A stretch of 64,000 nucleotides of DNA. Origin: a bacterium (GTDB lineage: Bacteria; Zhuqueibacterota; Zhuqueibacteria; Residuimicrobiales; Krinioviventaceae). Shown one piece after another: positions 22,107 through 33,077 of the stretch. Below the pieces are notes generated by a model. That model saw only the letters and a list, made by a program, of their open reading frames with translations. It did no database searches and was not told the origin of the DNA. The stretch is from assembly GCA_963675755.2 (NCBI GenBank), contig CAXXMD010000002.1, positions 2,144,001-2,208,000 on the forward strand, given 5' to 3'. The position numbers and the translations under genes are program-made. Each line of letters starts with the position of its first letter. Position 1 is the first letter of the stretch.

Positions 22107-24338
22107 TTATGATTTCTTTCTATAATAAAATAATAGTAAAGAAACCAAACCACCAACAAACAAGACAATCAGGGAATTTATAAAGCCATAAAGGGGAATT
22201 AAAATACCGCCAACTGTCAATGCACCAGCGGCACCGCCCAAAACGTCTGCCGCATAATAATATCCACCGTTTTTTTCTTTTGTACGAAAAGCTGCCAGGC
22301 TGCACAGAACCGGAAAAAATCCACCGGTTAATGCTCCGGATGCAAAAACAATTAATAAAAAAAACAATGGTGTATCAAAACGGCCCGATATGAGGATTAT
22401 CGGCCACATCAGGCCGATTAATAATATAAGCAAAATAAAGTAAAAAAATAACACTTTTTTTAACCACTTTTGGCAGGCACATTTTCGCATCCATTGCGCG
22501 GCAATTACTAAACCCAGCATGTAAATACCTATGGTCAAACCGATCCATTCATATATATATCCATATAATACCTGAAATGCAAATATAAGCAACAATTCAA
22601 GCGCCATACCCGCAAATCCCGCATAAATCATAATCAGTATTCCCAGACTGGATGTACGGACTCGTTTCCCCGAGAAATAAATCCACGCCAGCAAAACAAC
22701 ACTGAATACCATAACACCAGACAGAATCCGGCTAAACGGAACATCAATTAACCATTTCAACAAAGAATGGCTATCATCCTGAATCTTGTCCCACAATAAA
22801 TAATCATAATAATATGCAATAGGAGAATAATCGTGGTTTGCTCGGGAAACATGTGTCGTCTTTAACAGCGTATCCAAATCCGCTATCCGTTGCGGCATTA
22901 AATATTGCAAAAACATACCGCTGAAAAAATAGTCAAAAGTTACCCCCCGTTCCTGGTATCGCTCTGCAAGTATTTGGGGATTTCTTTGCAGCACATCAAG
23001 ATTTCCGGATGCAAAATAAATTGCCTGATCTCCGGGCAATACAAGTATATCTTTAAACTCGACCTGCAGGTCCTGGTACAATCCTGCATTTAATTGCAAT
23101 AACTCGTCACCAAGATAATTTTCCGCCGAAGGAAATCCATCAATTACAAATATGCCAGAACTCTTTAATCTTGAATAAACCAGTTTAAAAAATTCTCGGG
23201 TATAATATCGGTTACTCTCACCGGTAGAGGGAGCTCCTTTATGAATAATAATCAAATCATATTCTTCTTTTTCCCGTTCAAGAAATCTTCGCCCGTCCGT
23301 AAACAAGAGTTTAATATTATCCTGCTCATCAACCGAATCCAGCATCCCCTTTGCGTACTGTTTTGCCAGTTCAAATGCATCCCGGTTTTGTTCTATACAT
23401 GTGATTTGGAAATCGGTATAACGCCCCACCTCGTTTAAAAGCCCGCTAAATGCCCCGCCAATAATTAATATTTTATATGGATTAGGGTGTTGATTTATAA
23501 TCAGCGCCGCCTGTTCCTGTACACCAATAATATCTGGCAATTGGGTTAATTTTGTACCATTGTTGTATAGAAAATAATCACCACCCCAGTCAATCACGCT
23601 CAGCTCACCGTATCTTGATTGTGTACCATCTAAATAATTCATTCCTTCACCAAACGTTTGCCAATAGTGCTGCATTTGGATTTTATAAAGGTGCCGTGGC
23701 AATGGAGACAATAACATGCCAAAGAGTAATATGGTAAAAACGAGGAGAGCTTTGTTGCGGGAAATATAAACCAGGTACACAAAACAGAAGCTAAAAACAA
23801 TCAGCAATACCTGCAAATTCACAAAAAATCGAAACAGAAACAAACTTGTCAACAGTCCAGCAATGGTGCTGCCTGCTGCTTCAAACACATATACGCCTGC
23901 TATTCCTTTCCCCGTCTGTCCGGTGTCTTTTGATAATCCGGAAAGGAATGTAAACATTACCCCCGCAAACATGCAGGGGAAAACCAGAACCAGAAATGCA
24001 AAAACTGCCAGGTTAGTGCTGGTTATATATTCTCCATAGGGTACATTTAAAAGAATACGAACATTTTTGATCGCTAATACCGCCAATAAAACGCTGGCAA
24101 AAAACAAAAATTGCAAAAAATAATAAAATTGGGATTGTTTAAAAAACGATGAGCGTAGAAAAACAGAAGCAAAACTTCCTGCGGCAACACAAATCAACCA
24201 AATAGCCAGCAGGATGCCAAAACAGGATTCATTTCCATAAAAGACTGCGTAAAACTCTCGCATCAAAACAATTTGTGCGGTTAGCGTTGTAATCCCAGTG
24301 ATTACAGCAAAGGAATGTAATTTATAAATATTTGACAT
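22107..24338 (-). CDS. Membrane protein with a central spermidine-synthase-like SAM-binding domain (fused MFS/SpeE type)
   Basis: About 7 N-terminal TMs, then SRYGEL, ILIIGG, TDGRRFL, YDLIII and YYTREFF, then about 6 C-terminal TMs ending YAADVLGG. Confidence 0.8.
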   Translation of the reverse strand: MSNIYKLHSFAVITGITTLTAQIVLMREFYAVFYGNESCFGILLAIWLICVAAGSFASVFLRSSFFKQSQFYYFLQFLFFASVLLAVLAIKNVRILLNVPYGEYITSTNLAVFAFLVLVFPCMFAGVMFTFLSGLSKDTGQTGKGIAGVYVFEAAGSTIAGLLTSLFLFRFFVNLQVLLIVFSFCFVYLVYISRNKALLVFTILLFGMLLSPLPRHLYKIQMQHYWQTFGEGMNYLDGTQSRYGELSVIDWGGDYFLYNNGTKLTQLPDIIGVQEQAALIINQHPNPYKILIIGGAFSGLLNEVGRYTDFQITCIEQNRDAFELAKQYAKGMLDSVDEQDNIKLLFTDGRRFLEREKEEYDLIIIHKGAPSTGESNRYYTREFFKLVYSRLKSSGIFVIDGFPSAENYLGDELLQLNAGLYQDLQVEFKDILVLPGDQAIYFASGNLDVLQRNPQILAERYQERGVTFDYFFSGMFLQYLMPQRIADLDTLLKTTHVSRANHDYSPIAYYYDYLLWDKIQDDSHSLLKWLIDVPFSRILSGVMVFSVVLLAWIYFSGKRVRTSSLGILIMIYAGFAGMALELLLIFAFQVLYGYIYEWIGLTIGIYMLGLVIAAQWMRKCACQKWLKKVLFFYFILLILLIGLMWPIILISGRFDTPLFFLLIVFASGALTGGFFPVLCSLAAFRTKEKNGGYYYAADVLGGAAGALTVGGILIPLYGFINSLIVLFVGGLVSLLLFYYRKKS

Positions 24339-24395
24339 GTCCTTACCGGATTGTTTACAATGATTTAATTTACAACCTTTGAGGACATTTCAAAT

Positions 24396-24430
24396 AAAAA
24401 AGGCCCGTGATTACTCTATCACAGGCCTTT
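24396..24430 (-). terminator. Intrinsic terminator downstream of the thioredoxin gene
   Basis: Minus strand AGGCCTGTGAT-loop-ATCACGGGCC followed by TTTTTT. Confidence 0.7.
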
Positions 24431-24453
24431 CTTTTATATATTATATACAATTA

Positions 24454-24978
24454 TCAGGATTTTTCACCACAATCCTGATTCTTCACATAATCTTCAAATG
24501 AAACATCTTTTTCCCAGCATCGATCATCAATAAAATTCAAAATTTGTAAAAACATATCTGCTTCAACATATCCCGGTACCAAAGTAATAATATCTCCATT
24601 CGTGTCCAGAAATGCCAGCGAAGGAAAACCGGTTACACCAAACGCCTGTGTCAACTGCGGATTGGTATAGGTCTGATCCTTGTAAACTACAGACTGTGCT
24701 CTGTCTTCTGCGTTCAACTTTACCGTTACAAAGCGTTCAGATAGTTTTTTAGCTACCGCGTCATCCTGAAAAGTTTTTTCATCCATTACTTTACACCAAT
24801 GACACCAATCTGCGTAAAAATCAACCAGAATCATCTTTTTTTCTTTTTCGGCTTTGGATAAACCATCGTTAAAACCTTTCCAATTTTTGCCCTCTGCCGC
24901 ACCAGAAATGCCTGTAAAAGCCAGAAATGTGATCAACATCAACCCGGCAATCATAAATTTTTGTTTATTGGTATACAT
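24454..24978 (-). CDS. Exported thioredoxin-fold protein (SoxW/DUF255-like)
   Basis: Signal peptide, DFYADWCHWC and cis-Pro loop GFP. ATG 24978 follows GGAG. Confidence 0.85.
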   Translation of the reverse strand: MYTNKQKFMIAGLMLITFLAFTGISGAAEGKNWKGFNDGLSKAEKEKKMILVDFYADWCHWCKVMDEKTFQDDAVAKKLSERFVTVKLNAEDRAQSVVYKDQTYTNPQLTQAFGVTGFPSLAFLDTNGDIITLVPGYVEADMFLQILNFIDDRCWEKDVSFEDYVKNQDCGEKS

Positions 24979-25218
24979 AATTTTCTCCATCAATTGAATA
25001 TTATTGTACTGTTATCTGTTCTCAGTAATTAGATGCACAAAACAAAAAAACAATTCAAAATATTTGAGCGATGTTGTTTTTTTTCTCCAGAATACTTATA
25101 ATTAAAATAAAAAACAAAAACAGCTTGTTATTCTATTCCTTACAGATTAAATTATTCATTATGCTCAGTAGTATACGACAGAATTTTTCCAACCTTGCAA
25201 GCCCACAGGGAGTATTAA

Positions 25219-26598
25219 ATGCCCATTAAATTCAAATTACTATTACTAACCGGTTTGATCTTGAGTTCCTGTACATCGGTTACGTTGAAACAGGATCTGG
25301 CAGATTATAAAGAGGAAATAAACGAACTGGCCAGTCAGATCAAAAGCAATCCCAACGACGCTCATGCATACAGAGATCTGGGTGTTATTTGTGTTAAAAC
25401 TGAAATGTATGACAAGGGTGAACAATATCTCAAAAAAGCAAATACCCTTGATCCTGACGATCCTCAAACGCAATTTTATTACGGACTGGCGCTCGAGTTT
25501 AATTTCAACAAAGAAAAAGCCTGGCAGATTTACCGGACCTACCCGGATGTTTCACGTCTGTCACCATATCGCAAACTCATGGAAGGTCGTTATACCCTTC
25601 TGGGTCGCGAAATTGCAGAAAAAGAGGCCCAGAATCTGTTACAATCTGAAAAAGATATAAATCCAAATGAATTGCATCCCAATCTGATTGCGGTTTTTCC
25701 CTTAAAAAACCAGAGCAGTAATCCCGAATATGACAATCTGGGACGAGGCATTGGAGAAATGCTTATTACCGATCTCAGTCAGGTCCCCAACCTTGAACTG
25801 GTTGAACGTATCCGCCTCAATGCGTTAATGGAAGAAATGGCTATGGGACAAACAGGAATGATCAAAGAAGGTTCCGAAGCCCAATTCGGCAAACTTTTAG
25901 GCGCTGGTAAAGCTGTAACCGGATTTTTTGATGTATATGGCAATGATTTACGCATGAATGTAGAACTTTGGGACCACCAAAAGTCCAATAAACCCCGCAG
26001 GGCCAACAATTCCAATTCACTCGAACAACTGTTTATTATGGAAAAAAGATTGGTTTTAGGTATTGTTGGCAGTATGGGCATTGAATTGACCCCGGAACAA
26101 CGTCGCGAGATCTTGTATATACCTACCAAAAACATTCGCGCGTTTATGGAATATTGTAATGGACTTGAAAAACAGGATAGCGGTCAGCTGGAAGCAGCAA
26201 GCCAGCATTTTAAACGCGCTGTAAAAATTGACCCCAAATTTCAGGTAAGCAAAAACAAGGTGAAAGAAACAGAAACAGCTATCAGCATGCTTCAGGCAGA
26301 TGAAGAACAACTGGTTGCAATGGCCAGCCAGGTTGAAGCACAAACAGATCTGCGCCAGGAAACGATCAACAATACATTGTTAAACGGGCAATACAAGGTC
26401 AACCGCAGATTGCAAAGTCAATCTTCCAATGTAGGCTCTACATTTATACCGGGTGAAGACTCGCGTAAAACCAGTGAAGAAGCTGTAGGCTCTGAAACAG
26501 ATTTGGGAGATGATATTGTTATAGACGTGTTACCCCAAAAAACTGATATTTTGCCTGATCCGCCTGCACCACCATCACCACCCATTCTGGGTCGATAA
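25219..26598 (+). CDS. Lipoprotein with TPR repeats and a CsgG/HfaB/FlgO-like domain
   Basis: Lipobox LILSS-C, TPRs, IAVFPLKN...LITDLSQVPNLELVERIRLNALMEE...GKLLGA and a Pro-rich tail. Confidence 0.78.
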   Translation: MPIKFKLLLLTGLILSSCTSVTLKQDLADYKEEINELASQIKSNPNDAHAYRDLGVICVKTEMYDKGEQYLKKANTLDPDDPQTQFYYGLALEFNFNKEKAWQIYRTYPDVSRLSPYRKLMEGRYTLLGREIAEKEAQNLLQSEKDINPNELHPNLIAVFPLKNQSSNPEYDNLGRGIGEMLITDLSQVPNLELVERIRLNALMEEMAMGQTGMIKEGSEAQFGKLLGAGKAVTGFFDVYGNDLRMNVELWDHQKSNKPRRANNSNSLEQLFIMEKRLVLGIVGSMGIELTPEQRREILYIPTKNIRAFMEYCNGLEKQDSGQLEAASQHFKRAVKIDPKFQVSKNKVKETETAISMLQADEEQLVAMASQVEAQTDLRQETINNTLLNGQYKVNRRLQSQSSNVGSTFIPGEDSRKTSEEAVGSETDLGDDIVIDVLPQKTDILPDPPAPPSPPILGR

Positions 26599-26637
26599 TT
26601 CGTATACTAACTCTCTTTGAATGTCAAGGACAGATTA

Positions 26638-29600
26638 ATGATAATTAAAAACAATTTTTCATATTCGCTTCTACTGTGTATTGTACTGCTATTCACACAA
26701 ACACTTTTAGCACAGAATATCTGGCAGCAAACCAGTGGTCCCGAAGGTGGTTCCGCACAGTATGTTTATACCAACGGACCGGGGCGTTTAATCGCTGCTG
26801 GTGGTATGAATATTTTTCGTTCTGTTGATAATGGGGCATCATGGGTTGATATCACTTATAATATGCAGGTATCCAACATCAATGCTATGGATGTCAACAC
26901 AACAGGTGATATTTTTGTCGGCAGCTATATGGGTGCATTATACAGACTCGACAATAACTCAACTACATGGCAGGATCTCAGTAATAACATTATTGGAACA
27001 GATAATATTAACAAAATCGCTGTCGACTCTTCCGGTAATATTTTTGCTTCCACTGCAACAAATCTTTATCGGTCATCAGATAACGGTGCCAGTTGGTTAG
27101 CTTCACCATTGCCCGCAGGTCCCTTTGAATCTGTTGACGTTATTCATATAGGACCTAATGGAAGAATGTTCGCGGGAAATTATAATGGCATTCAATATTC
27201 AGATGATTCGGGAGACAACTGGACACCATTGACTACGGGAACAACGGCTTATACCATAGCAGAAACAAGTACCGGAGGTATTTTCCTAGGTTCATATGAA
27301 GGTATTCGCTATGCACCGGATACAGGTGGAAATTTCTCTTTTTTCAATACCGGACTCCCCGCTAGTGTAGATATACGCTCTTTGGTGATTGGCACTACCG
27401 GAACTATTTACGCCGGCGCATTGGGTGGATTTTATGTATCAACAGATAATGGCAACAACTGGACAGCAGCCGTAACCGGATTGACCGCCAAAGATGTGTA
27501 TAGCCTTTCCCGACAGGCAGATAATACGCTGCTTGCCGGTACTGAAAATGGCCTGTTTATTACATCAAACGACGGAGCAAACTGGTCCCGCAACATTAGC
27601 GGTTTTATTAATACGGGTATAAATCAAATTATTGAATATTCAGACGGCAGCTTTTTTGCCGCAAGCGACTTTGGCTTATTTCAATCCACGGATAATGGTG
27701 AATCCTGGACCGCCATCGCCCATTTCGATACCATGCAGGTTCGCGCACTGCTTCAAAATGCTTCAGGAACCTTGTTCGCAGGTACCGGATTTCATGGTTT
27801 GTGGCGTTCTACAGATAACGGCGCAAACTGGTCCAACGCCAACAATGGATTGACAAATAGCGAAGTTCTTGAACTGGAAGTAGATGATCTGGACCAGTTA
27901 TTTTTAACCAACTATAGTGGTGTCTATCGTTCGACAGATAATGGAGACAACTGGAGCAGTGTTTATAGCGGATATGAAGCTGTTGACATGATTGTAGACG
28001 AAAACAACTATATCTATTTTGCGTCATATGACGGCATATATCGCTCTACCAATAATGGTACCGACTGGAGCGTCGTCAACGCCAATCTCACCAATATCAA
28101 TGCATTGGAAAACCGGGATGATGGCTATCTTTATGCAGGTACAATGAATGGAATGTTCCGTTCTAATGATCTGGGTGTTAATTGGACCCTGATCAATACA
28201 GGGCTAACAACTCCCAGCATTAGATCTCTGCTTGTAACGCGCAAAGGTCATATTTTTGCGGGTGCCGATTCCGGCCAGGTATTTTTATCAACTGATCTTG
28301 GTGATTCATGGAGCATTTACAATAGCGGCATCTCCAATGCAATGGTCCATACATTAGTTATTAACGATAACAGCAATCTACTTGCCGGCACCAAAGGCAG
28401 TGGTATTTTCAGTACGATTTACGACAATGCTGTATTTTCAGTTAATCCCCCATCTCAACTGGATTTTGGTAACGTACGTGTTCAGGTGGGTAAAACAGAT
28501 TCAATAGAATTTACCAACATTGGCTATCTTTCACATCAAATACAAAATGCTGTTGTATCCGGTACGGATGCAGGTGCATTTACTGCATTTATTAATACCA
28601 CAGATATTCAACCCAGTGGAACAGGATATGTTAACATTGAATTCAATCCCCAGGGTGTAGGACAAAAAATCGCTACGCTTGAAGTCACAACAAACGGAGG
28701 TAATATACAAATTGGGCTTACCGGTATAGGTGTTTCCCCGATACTGAATGTTGCTCAAACAAGCGTGGAATTTGATTCAACCCGCACCGCCACAACATCC
28801 ATTGATTCAATTTTTATTTCCAATACGGGTACAGATACACTCAACATCACCCAGGCTGCAATCAATGGCACGAATCCCGGCCAATTCTCAGTCGATGCCC
28901 CACCAGCGCCTATTCCACCATCCGAAGGAGCCTGGCTGAATGTCTATTTTACACCTTCAAATACAGGTAGTTTTAGTGCAACGTTAAATCTCTTGAGTGA
29001 TGGCGGACTCGGACAAATTGCATTAACCGGAGTTGGTGTTGAACCGCAAATGGCAGTTTCTGCCAATACCCTGGATTTTGGAGATGTAAGCATTACCAAC
29101 CCCCTCACACTGGATGTAACGGTTTCCAATGCAGGCAACACGGCCCTGAATGTAAGTGAAGCACTGGTAACCGGAACCGATTTGACATTTTTCAATGTCT
29201 CCCCTCAATTTTTCACAGTGCCCGCAGGAGGCAGTCAAATTGTATCTGTTACCTTTTCACCCGACCAGGTCAGATCGTACAGCGCAAGTCTTGCCTTTTT
29301 CAGCGACGCGGGTGAACAATTTGTTACCCTTTCCGGGAATGGTATCAACGCAAGTTTAGAGACCTCTCCCGATTCACTTTATTTCGGCATTGCTCAGGTA
29401 AGTGCTTCTGTACGGGATACCCTCTACCTGAACAATACGGGTACATCCACTGTTACCGTTTCATCTTTTGAATTATCCGGAGCAAATGCCTCTGCATTTT
29501 CGGTTTTAACAGGTACTCCCCTGACAATAGGGGCCAGTTCCACTATAGCCATCCCAATAGATTTTGCACCCCAGTTTGCAGGTTTCCACATAGCAACGCT

Positions 29601-31899
29601 GCTTATTACAAGTGATGGTGGTAACCTGAGCGTACCTGTAACCGGAACAGGAACAGAAGCGATTTTTAATCCCAGTACACGATCACTGGGCTTTGCAGAT
29701 ACAGACGTTTTTGGTTCAAGTACCCGCACACTGACCATAGTAAATGAGGGCAACGCAGCATTGACCGTGAGTGAGTATTTTCTTATAGGCACCAACAATA
29801 CCGATTTTCAAATTCCCACAACACCCATCTCACTCGCTCCACTGAACTCGGTTGATTTGAGCATCAATTTTGTACCTCAATCAGTCGGGTCCAAAACTGC
29901 AGAAATTGTATTTTTCTCCAACGCATCCTCTTCACCAGATACTATCGCATTGTCCGGTATTGCTTTGGATGCAGGAGATATTGCATTATTTAATGCAAAT
30001 CCTGCCAGCATCTTCTTTACTGATACTGAAGTTGGCAGTTCACCCGCGTCACCCTTTTTCATTGGTAATAATGGGGCTCTTGTTTTAAATATATCCGAAT
30101 ATTTTATCACAGGCTCAAATGCATCTGAATTTCAGTTTTCAAGTACAATCTCTAGCATTCAACCTGGTGATTCTGCCTTGTTTAGTGTTTCCTTTATTCC
30201 TTCATCCATTGGCAGCAAATCGGCGTCACTTGTCTTTTTTACCAATTCACCAACATCGCCAGACACGGTTGCACTTTCTGGATACGCGACAGAATCCACA
30301 AATTCAATCACAATAACAACGACTTCTAGCCCGCAAATTGGCAATGATTATACTGTAAATATTCAGCTCGAAAACAGTTTTACTGCAACAGAACAAACAT
30401 TGTTTTACCGGAATATCGGCAAGCTGAATTATACCAGTGTTCCCCTGCAGGGAAGCGGTACAGAATATACTGCAACCATTCCACAAGATGCAGTACTGCT
30501 GCGCGGACTGGAATATTATGTAGTAATGACAGATACACGCGCCACCTATACCTATCCCCCAACCAATCCGGCAAGCAGTCCGGTCCAGTTGGGGATTACA
30601 ATTGCCTCACATACACCGCCAATCACATTACCAAAATCAGGATACAAAATGATCTCTTTCCCCTGTGATGTGTACGAAACCACAATCGCGGAAATGTTTG
30701 AGGACGATTACGGTAAATATGACAATACAAGCTGGCGTCTCTTTTATTATTATCCCATGAGCGACAGTCTTTATTATCTTGAATATCCCTTTGATGAAGA
30801 ATTTTTTATCTATCCGGGTATGGCATTCTGGCTGATTAACAAAGATGGTAAATCTTTTGATATCGACAACGCCTCTACCCTCATGTACGGTGATCATTTT
30901 ACCATATCACTCATGCCGGGTTGGAACATGGTGGGTAATCCCTTTGACTTTCCCGTTTCTGTTGATGATATTGAAACACTTGACTCTATCGAAGATCCAA
31001 TTACTTATATTAACAATGATTATAGTCTCCCCCAGCCAATCTTGCAGCCATGGGAAGGTTATTTTGTCTACAATCCCGAAAACACCTATGTTCAGGCAAC
31101 AATCCCGGCAATTGAAGCGGGCCAACTGCTCAAAGCAAACGATCCCATGCAACTGACTAACAATAATGAAATTGTTTTCCAGTTTTCCGCTACAATCACC
31201 AACAGCGAAATCATGGATACCCATAACTATATCGGTTACAAAACCAATGCTATTGATGGCAGGGATAAAAATGATTTTTCAGAAGCACCTCCAATTACCA
31301 ACGATCTTCAACTCTATATTAACGATAAAGATCACGACTGGGCAGGGAATTTTAAATCTATCTCAAATGAAGGACAGCAATGGCAGATTGTTCTGAAAGC
31401 GAATAGCAAAAAATCCATAACCCTTGGCTGGCAGCAATCCGGTACATTGCCGGATAAGCAAAAACTCTACATTTTTGACCAAACCACACAGGCCCCGTTA
31501 AAAGCTGAAAACGGAGAATATACACTGTCAAGCGGACTGAAAGGCGAACGCCGATTTAAGGTTATATTGGGTACAGAAGCCTATGCCCTGAACAACAGTG
31601 ACGGTATCCCATTGGTTCCGGTGGATTACGAATTAAAGCAGAATTATCCCAATCCATTTAATCCGGAAACGGTTATTCCGTTCCAATTGTCTGTCAAAAG
31701 TAATGTAAAAATAGAGGTCTTTAACATATTGGGTCACAAGATCAAAACATTGCACAACAGTACATTATCTACCGGCAGTCACCAGGTAACCTGGGATGGT
31801 AGCAACGATGCAGGAAACAGTGTAGCCGCAGGAATGTACTTTTACCGAATTCAGGCAGGTTCTTTTCAAGCCGTTAAAAAAATGATTCTGATACGATAA
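26638..31899 (+). CDS. Large secreted protein: BNR/YCF48 propellers, tandem Ig-like (ASH/choice-of-anchor D) domains and a FlgD-Ig/T9SS-type C-terminal domain
   Basis: More than 10 S(T/S)DNGxxW repeats, about 6 'LDFG...ISNxGxxxLxI' Ig repeats, and C-terminal LKQNYPNPFNP...GMYFYRI...KKMILIR. Confidence 0.85.
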   Translation: MIIKNNFSYSLLLCIVLLFTQTLLAQNIWQQTSGPEGGSAQYVYTNGPGRLIAAGGMNIFRSVDNGASWVDITYNMQVSNINAMDVNTTGDIFVGSYMGALYRLDNNSTTWQDLSNNIIGTDNINKIAVDSSGNIFASTATNLYRSSDNGASWLASPLPAGPFESVDVIHIGPNGRMFAGNYNGIQYSDDSGDNWTPLTTGTTAYTIAETSTGGIFLGSYEGIRYAPDTGGNFSFFNTGLPASVDIRSLVIGTTGTIYAGALGGFYVSTDNGNNWTAAVTGLTAKDVYSLSRQADNTLLAGTENGLFITSNDGANWSRNISGFINTGINQIIEYSDGSFFAASDFGLFQSTDNGESWTAIAHFDTMQVRALLQNASGTLFAGTGFHGLWRSTDNGANWSNANNGLTNSEVLELEVDDLDQLFLTNYSGVYRSTDNGDNWSSVYSGYEAVDMIVDENNYIYFASYDGIYRSTNNGTDWSVVNANLTNINALENRDDGYLYAGTMNGMFRSNDLGVNWTLINTGLTTPSIRSLLVTRKGHIFAGADSGQVFLSTDLGDSWSIYNSGISNAMVHTLVINDNSNLLAGTKGSGIFSTIYDNAVFSVNPPSQLDFGNVRVQVGKTDSIEFTNIGYLSHQIQNAVVSGTDAGAFTAFINTTDIQPSGTGYVNIEFNPQGVGQKIATLEVTTNGGNIQIGLTGIGVSPILNVAQTSVEFDSTRTATTSIDSIFISNTGTDTLNITQAAINGTNPGQFSVDAPPAPIPPSEGAWLNVYFTPSNTGSFSATLNLLSDGGLGQIALTGVGVEPQMAVSANTLDFGDVSITNPLTLDVTVSNAGNTALNVSEALVTGTDLTFFNVSPQFFTVPAGGSQIVSVTFSPDQVRSYSASLAFFSDAGEQFVTLSGNGINASLETSPDSLYFGIAQVSASVRDTLYLNNTGTSTVTVSSFELSGANASAFSVLTGTPLTIGASSTIAIPIDFAPQFAGFHIATLLITSDGGNLSVPVTGTGTEAIFNPSTRSLGFADTDVFGSSTRTLTIVNEGNAALTVSEYFLIGTNNTDFQIPTTPISLAPLNSVDLSINFVPQSVGSKTAEIVFFSNASSSPDTIALSGIALDAGDIALFNANPASIFFTDTEVGSSPASPFFIGNNGALVLNISEYFITGSNASEFQFSSTISSIQPGDSALFSVSFIPSSIGSKSASLVFFTNSPTSPDTVALSGYATESTNSITITTTSSPQIGNDYTVNIQLENSFTATEQTLFYRNIGKLNYTSVPLQGSGTEYTATIPQDAVLLRGLEYYVVMTDTRATYTYPPTNPASSPVQLGITIASHTPPITLPKSGYKMISFPCDVYETTIAEMFEDDYGKYDNTSWRLFYYYPMSDSLYYLEYPFDEEFFIYPGMAFWLINKDGKSFDIDNASTLMYGDHFTISLMPGWNMVGNPFDFPVSVDDIETLDSIEDPITYINNDYSLPQPILQPWEGYFVYNPENTYVQATIPAIEAGQLLKANDPMQLTNNNEIVFQFSATITNSEIMDTHNYIGYKTNAIDGRDKNDFSEAPPITNDLQLYINDKDHDWAGNFKSISNEGQQWQIVLKANSKKSITLGWQQSGTLPDKQKLYIFDQTTQAPLKAENGEYTLSSGLKGERRFKVILGTEAYALNNSDGIPLVPVDYELKQNYPNPFNPETVIPFQLSVKSNVKIEVFNILGHKIKTLHNSTLSTGSHQVTWDGSNDAGNSVAAGMYFYRIQAGSFQAVKKMILIR

Positions 31900-31915
31900 T
31901 TCAGGTGGATCAAAT

Positions 31916-33001
31916 ATGAAAAAATATATTACAATCCTTTTACTCTTTTCAAGCTGGGCCCTTGCTCAGGACATGCTGGTCATTTCACAAAACCGGTTTG
32001 TACAATTTTCTCCAACCGTACAGTACTGGAGCTATGACGAAGCCAAAGATTTTACCCAGGTTTCCTTTCCCGTGTATGCCTATTTGCCCATCAACAATAA
32101 TACGTCTATTAATTTGCGCACAGGACAGGCAAATGTATCGGGTAGCAGTATAACCAATCTTGCCGGTATGACAGATACACAGCTTGGCGTATCCTATCAT
32201 TATCAGGATTGGAACACTGTTTTCACCATGGGCTTGAACCTGCCAAGCGGCAAGAGACAACTCACCCTGGATGAGTACATGACCTCTTTTCTGATGAGTT
32301 ACAACTATTTCAATCTTCAGGTACCCAATTTCGGACAGGGGCTGAATGTAGCACCGGGTGTAAACTGGGCGTATGAATTGAATGAAAAGATTATTCTGGG
32401 TGCTGCCGCCAGCTTTCAGCTAAAAGGAGGCTTTAAACCCATAGACGGCATGGAAGATGACTATCAACCGGGAAATGAAATTACTGCCTCCGCGGGCATG
32501 GATTATAATTTTTCAGAAACCCAAATTTTATCTACGGATATAGTTTACACAACTTATGGCAGTGACAAATACGCTGGAAATGAGATTTTTGCATCTGGAG
32601 ACAAGATCATTGTCAATCTCTTCTATCAACAATTCATGGATTTTAATCATCTTTCCGTTCACTTTCGCTATCGCAGTAAAGCCAAAAACGATATTGCCGT
32701 AGCAGGTGAAATGGTCACTGAAAGCGAAAAGTCCATACCGGACCAGTTTGAACTGATCGGACGATTTAGACAACGTTTGACACAGGAATTCCACCTCGGA
32801 TATCTGGCACAATACCGGCATTTTCTGGGAACCAGTACCCTTTATAGTGTAAATCTGGCAGGATTAGGTATTGAACCGGAATATCGCATATCTCCCCGAA
32901 TGCTGCTCACAAGCAAAGTTCGGGTCAATATTGGTGGTTATTCAAATGGAAAAAGTATGACAGGATTCATGTTTACCGCAGGAATGCGATACAATTTTTA
33001 A
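31916..33001 (+). CDS. Putative outer-membrane beta-barrel protein
   Basis: Signal peptide, alternating amphipathic strands and C-terminal AGMRYNF beta-signal. Confidence 0.7.
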   Translation: MKKYITILLLFSSWALAQDMLVISQNRFVQFSPTVQYWSYDEAKDFTQVSFPVYAYLPINNNTSINLRTGQANVSGSSITNLAGMTDTQLGVSYHYQDWNTVFTMGLNLPSGKRQLTLDEYMTSFLMSYNYFNLQVPNFGQGLNVAPGVNWAYELNEKIILGAAASFQLKGGFKPIDGMEDDYQPGNEITASAGMDYNFSETQILSTDIVYTTYGSDKYAGNEIFASGDKIIVNLFYQQFMDFNHLSVHFRYRSKAKNDIAVAGEMVTESEKSIPDQFELIGRFRQRLTQEFHLGYLAQYRHFLGTSTLYSVNLAGLGIEPEYRISPRMLLTSKVRVNIGGYSNGKSMTGFMFTAGMRYNF

Positions 33002-33002
33002 C

Positions 33003-33028
33003 GTAGGGGTGGACCTGTGTGTCCACCC
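33003..33028 (+). repeat. REP-like palindrome, family B (partial second copy at 33051-33071)
   Basis: GTAGGGGTGGACCTGTGTGTCCACCC between convergent genes. Confidence 0.75.
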
Positions 33029-33077
33029 GTTATATATTTTTATTTAAAAAAGCGGGCCTGTAAGTCCACCCAATTTC

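Noticed and set aside
22082-22168. Extended NagB start overlapping the upstream gene
   Set aside because: ATG 22081 has a good RBS (GGAG) and avoids a 60-bp overlap.
26700-30300. Periodic DNA similarity inside the large secreted protein as a DNA repeat array or DGR target
   Set aside because: It is explained by degenerate BNR and Ig protein repeats. No template/variable repeat pair or reverse transcriptase was seen.
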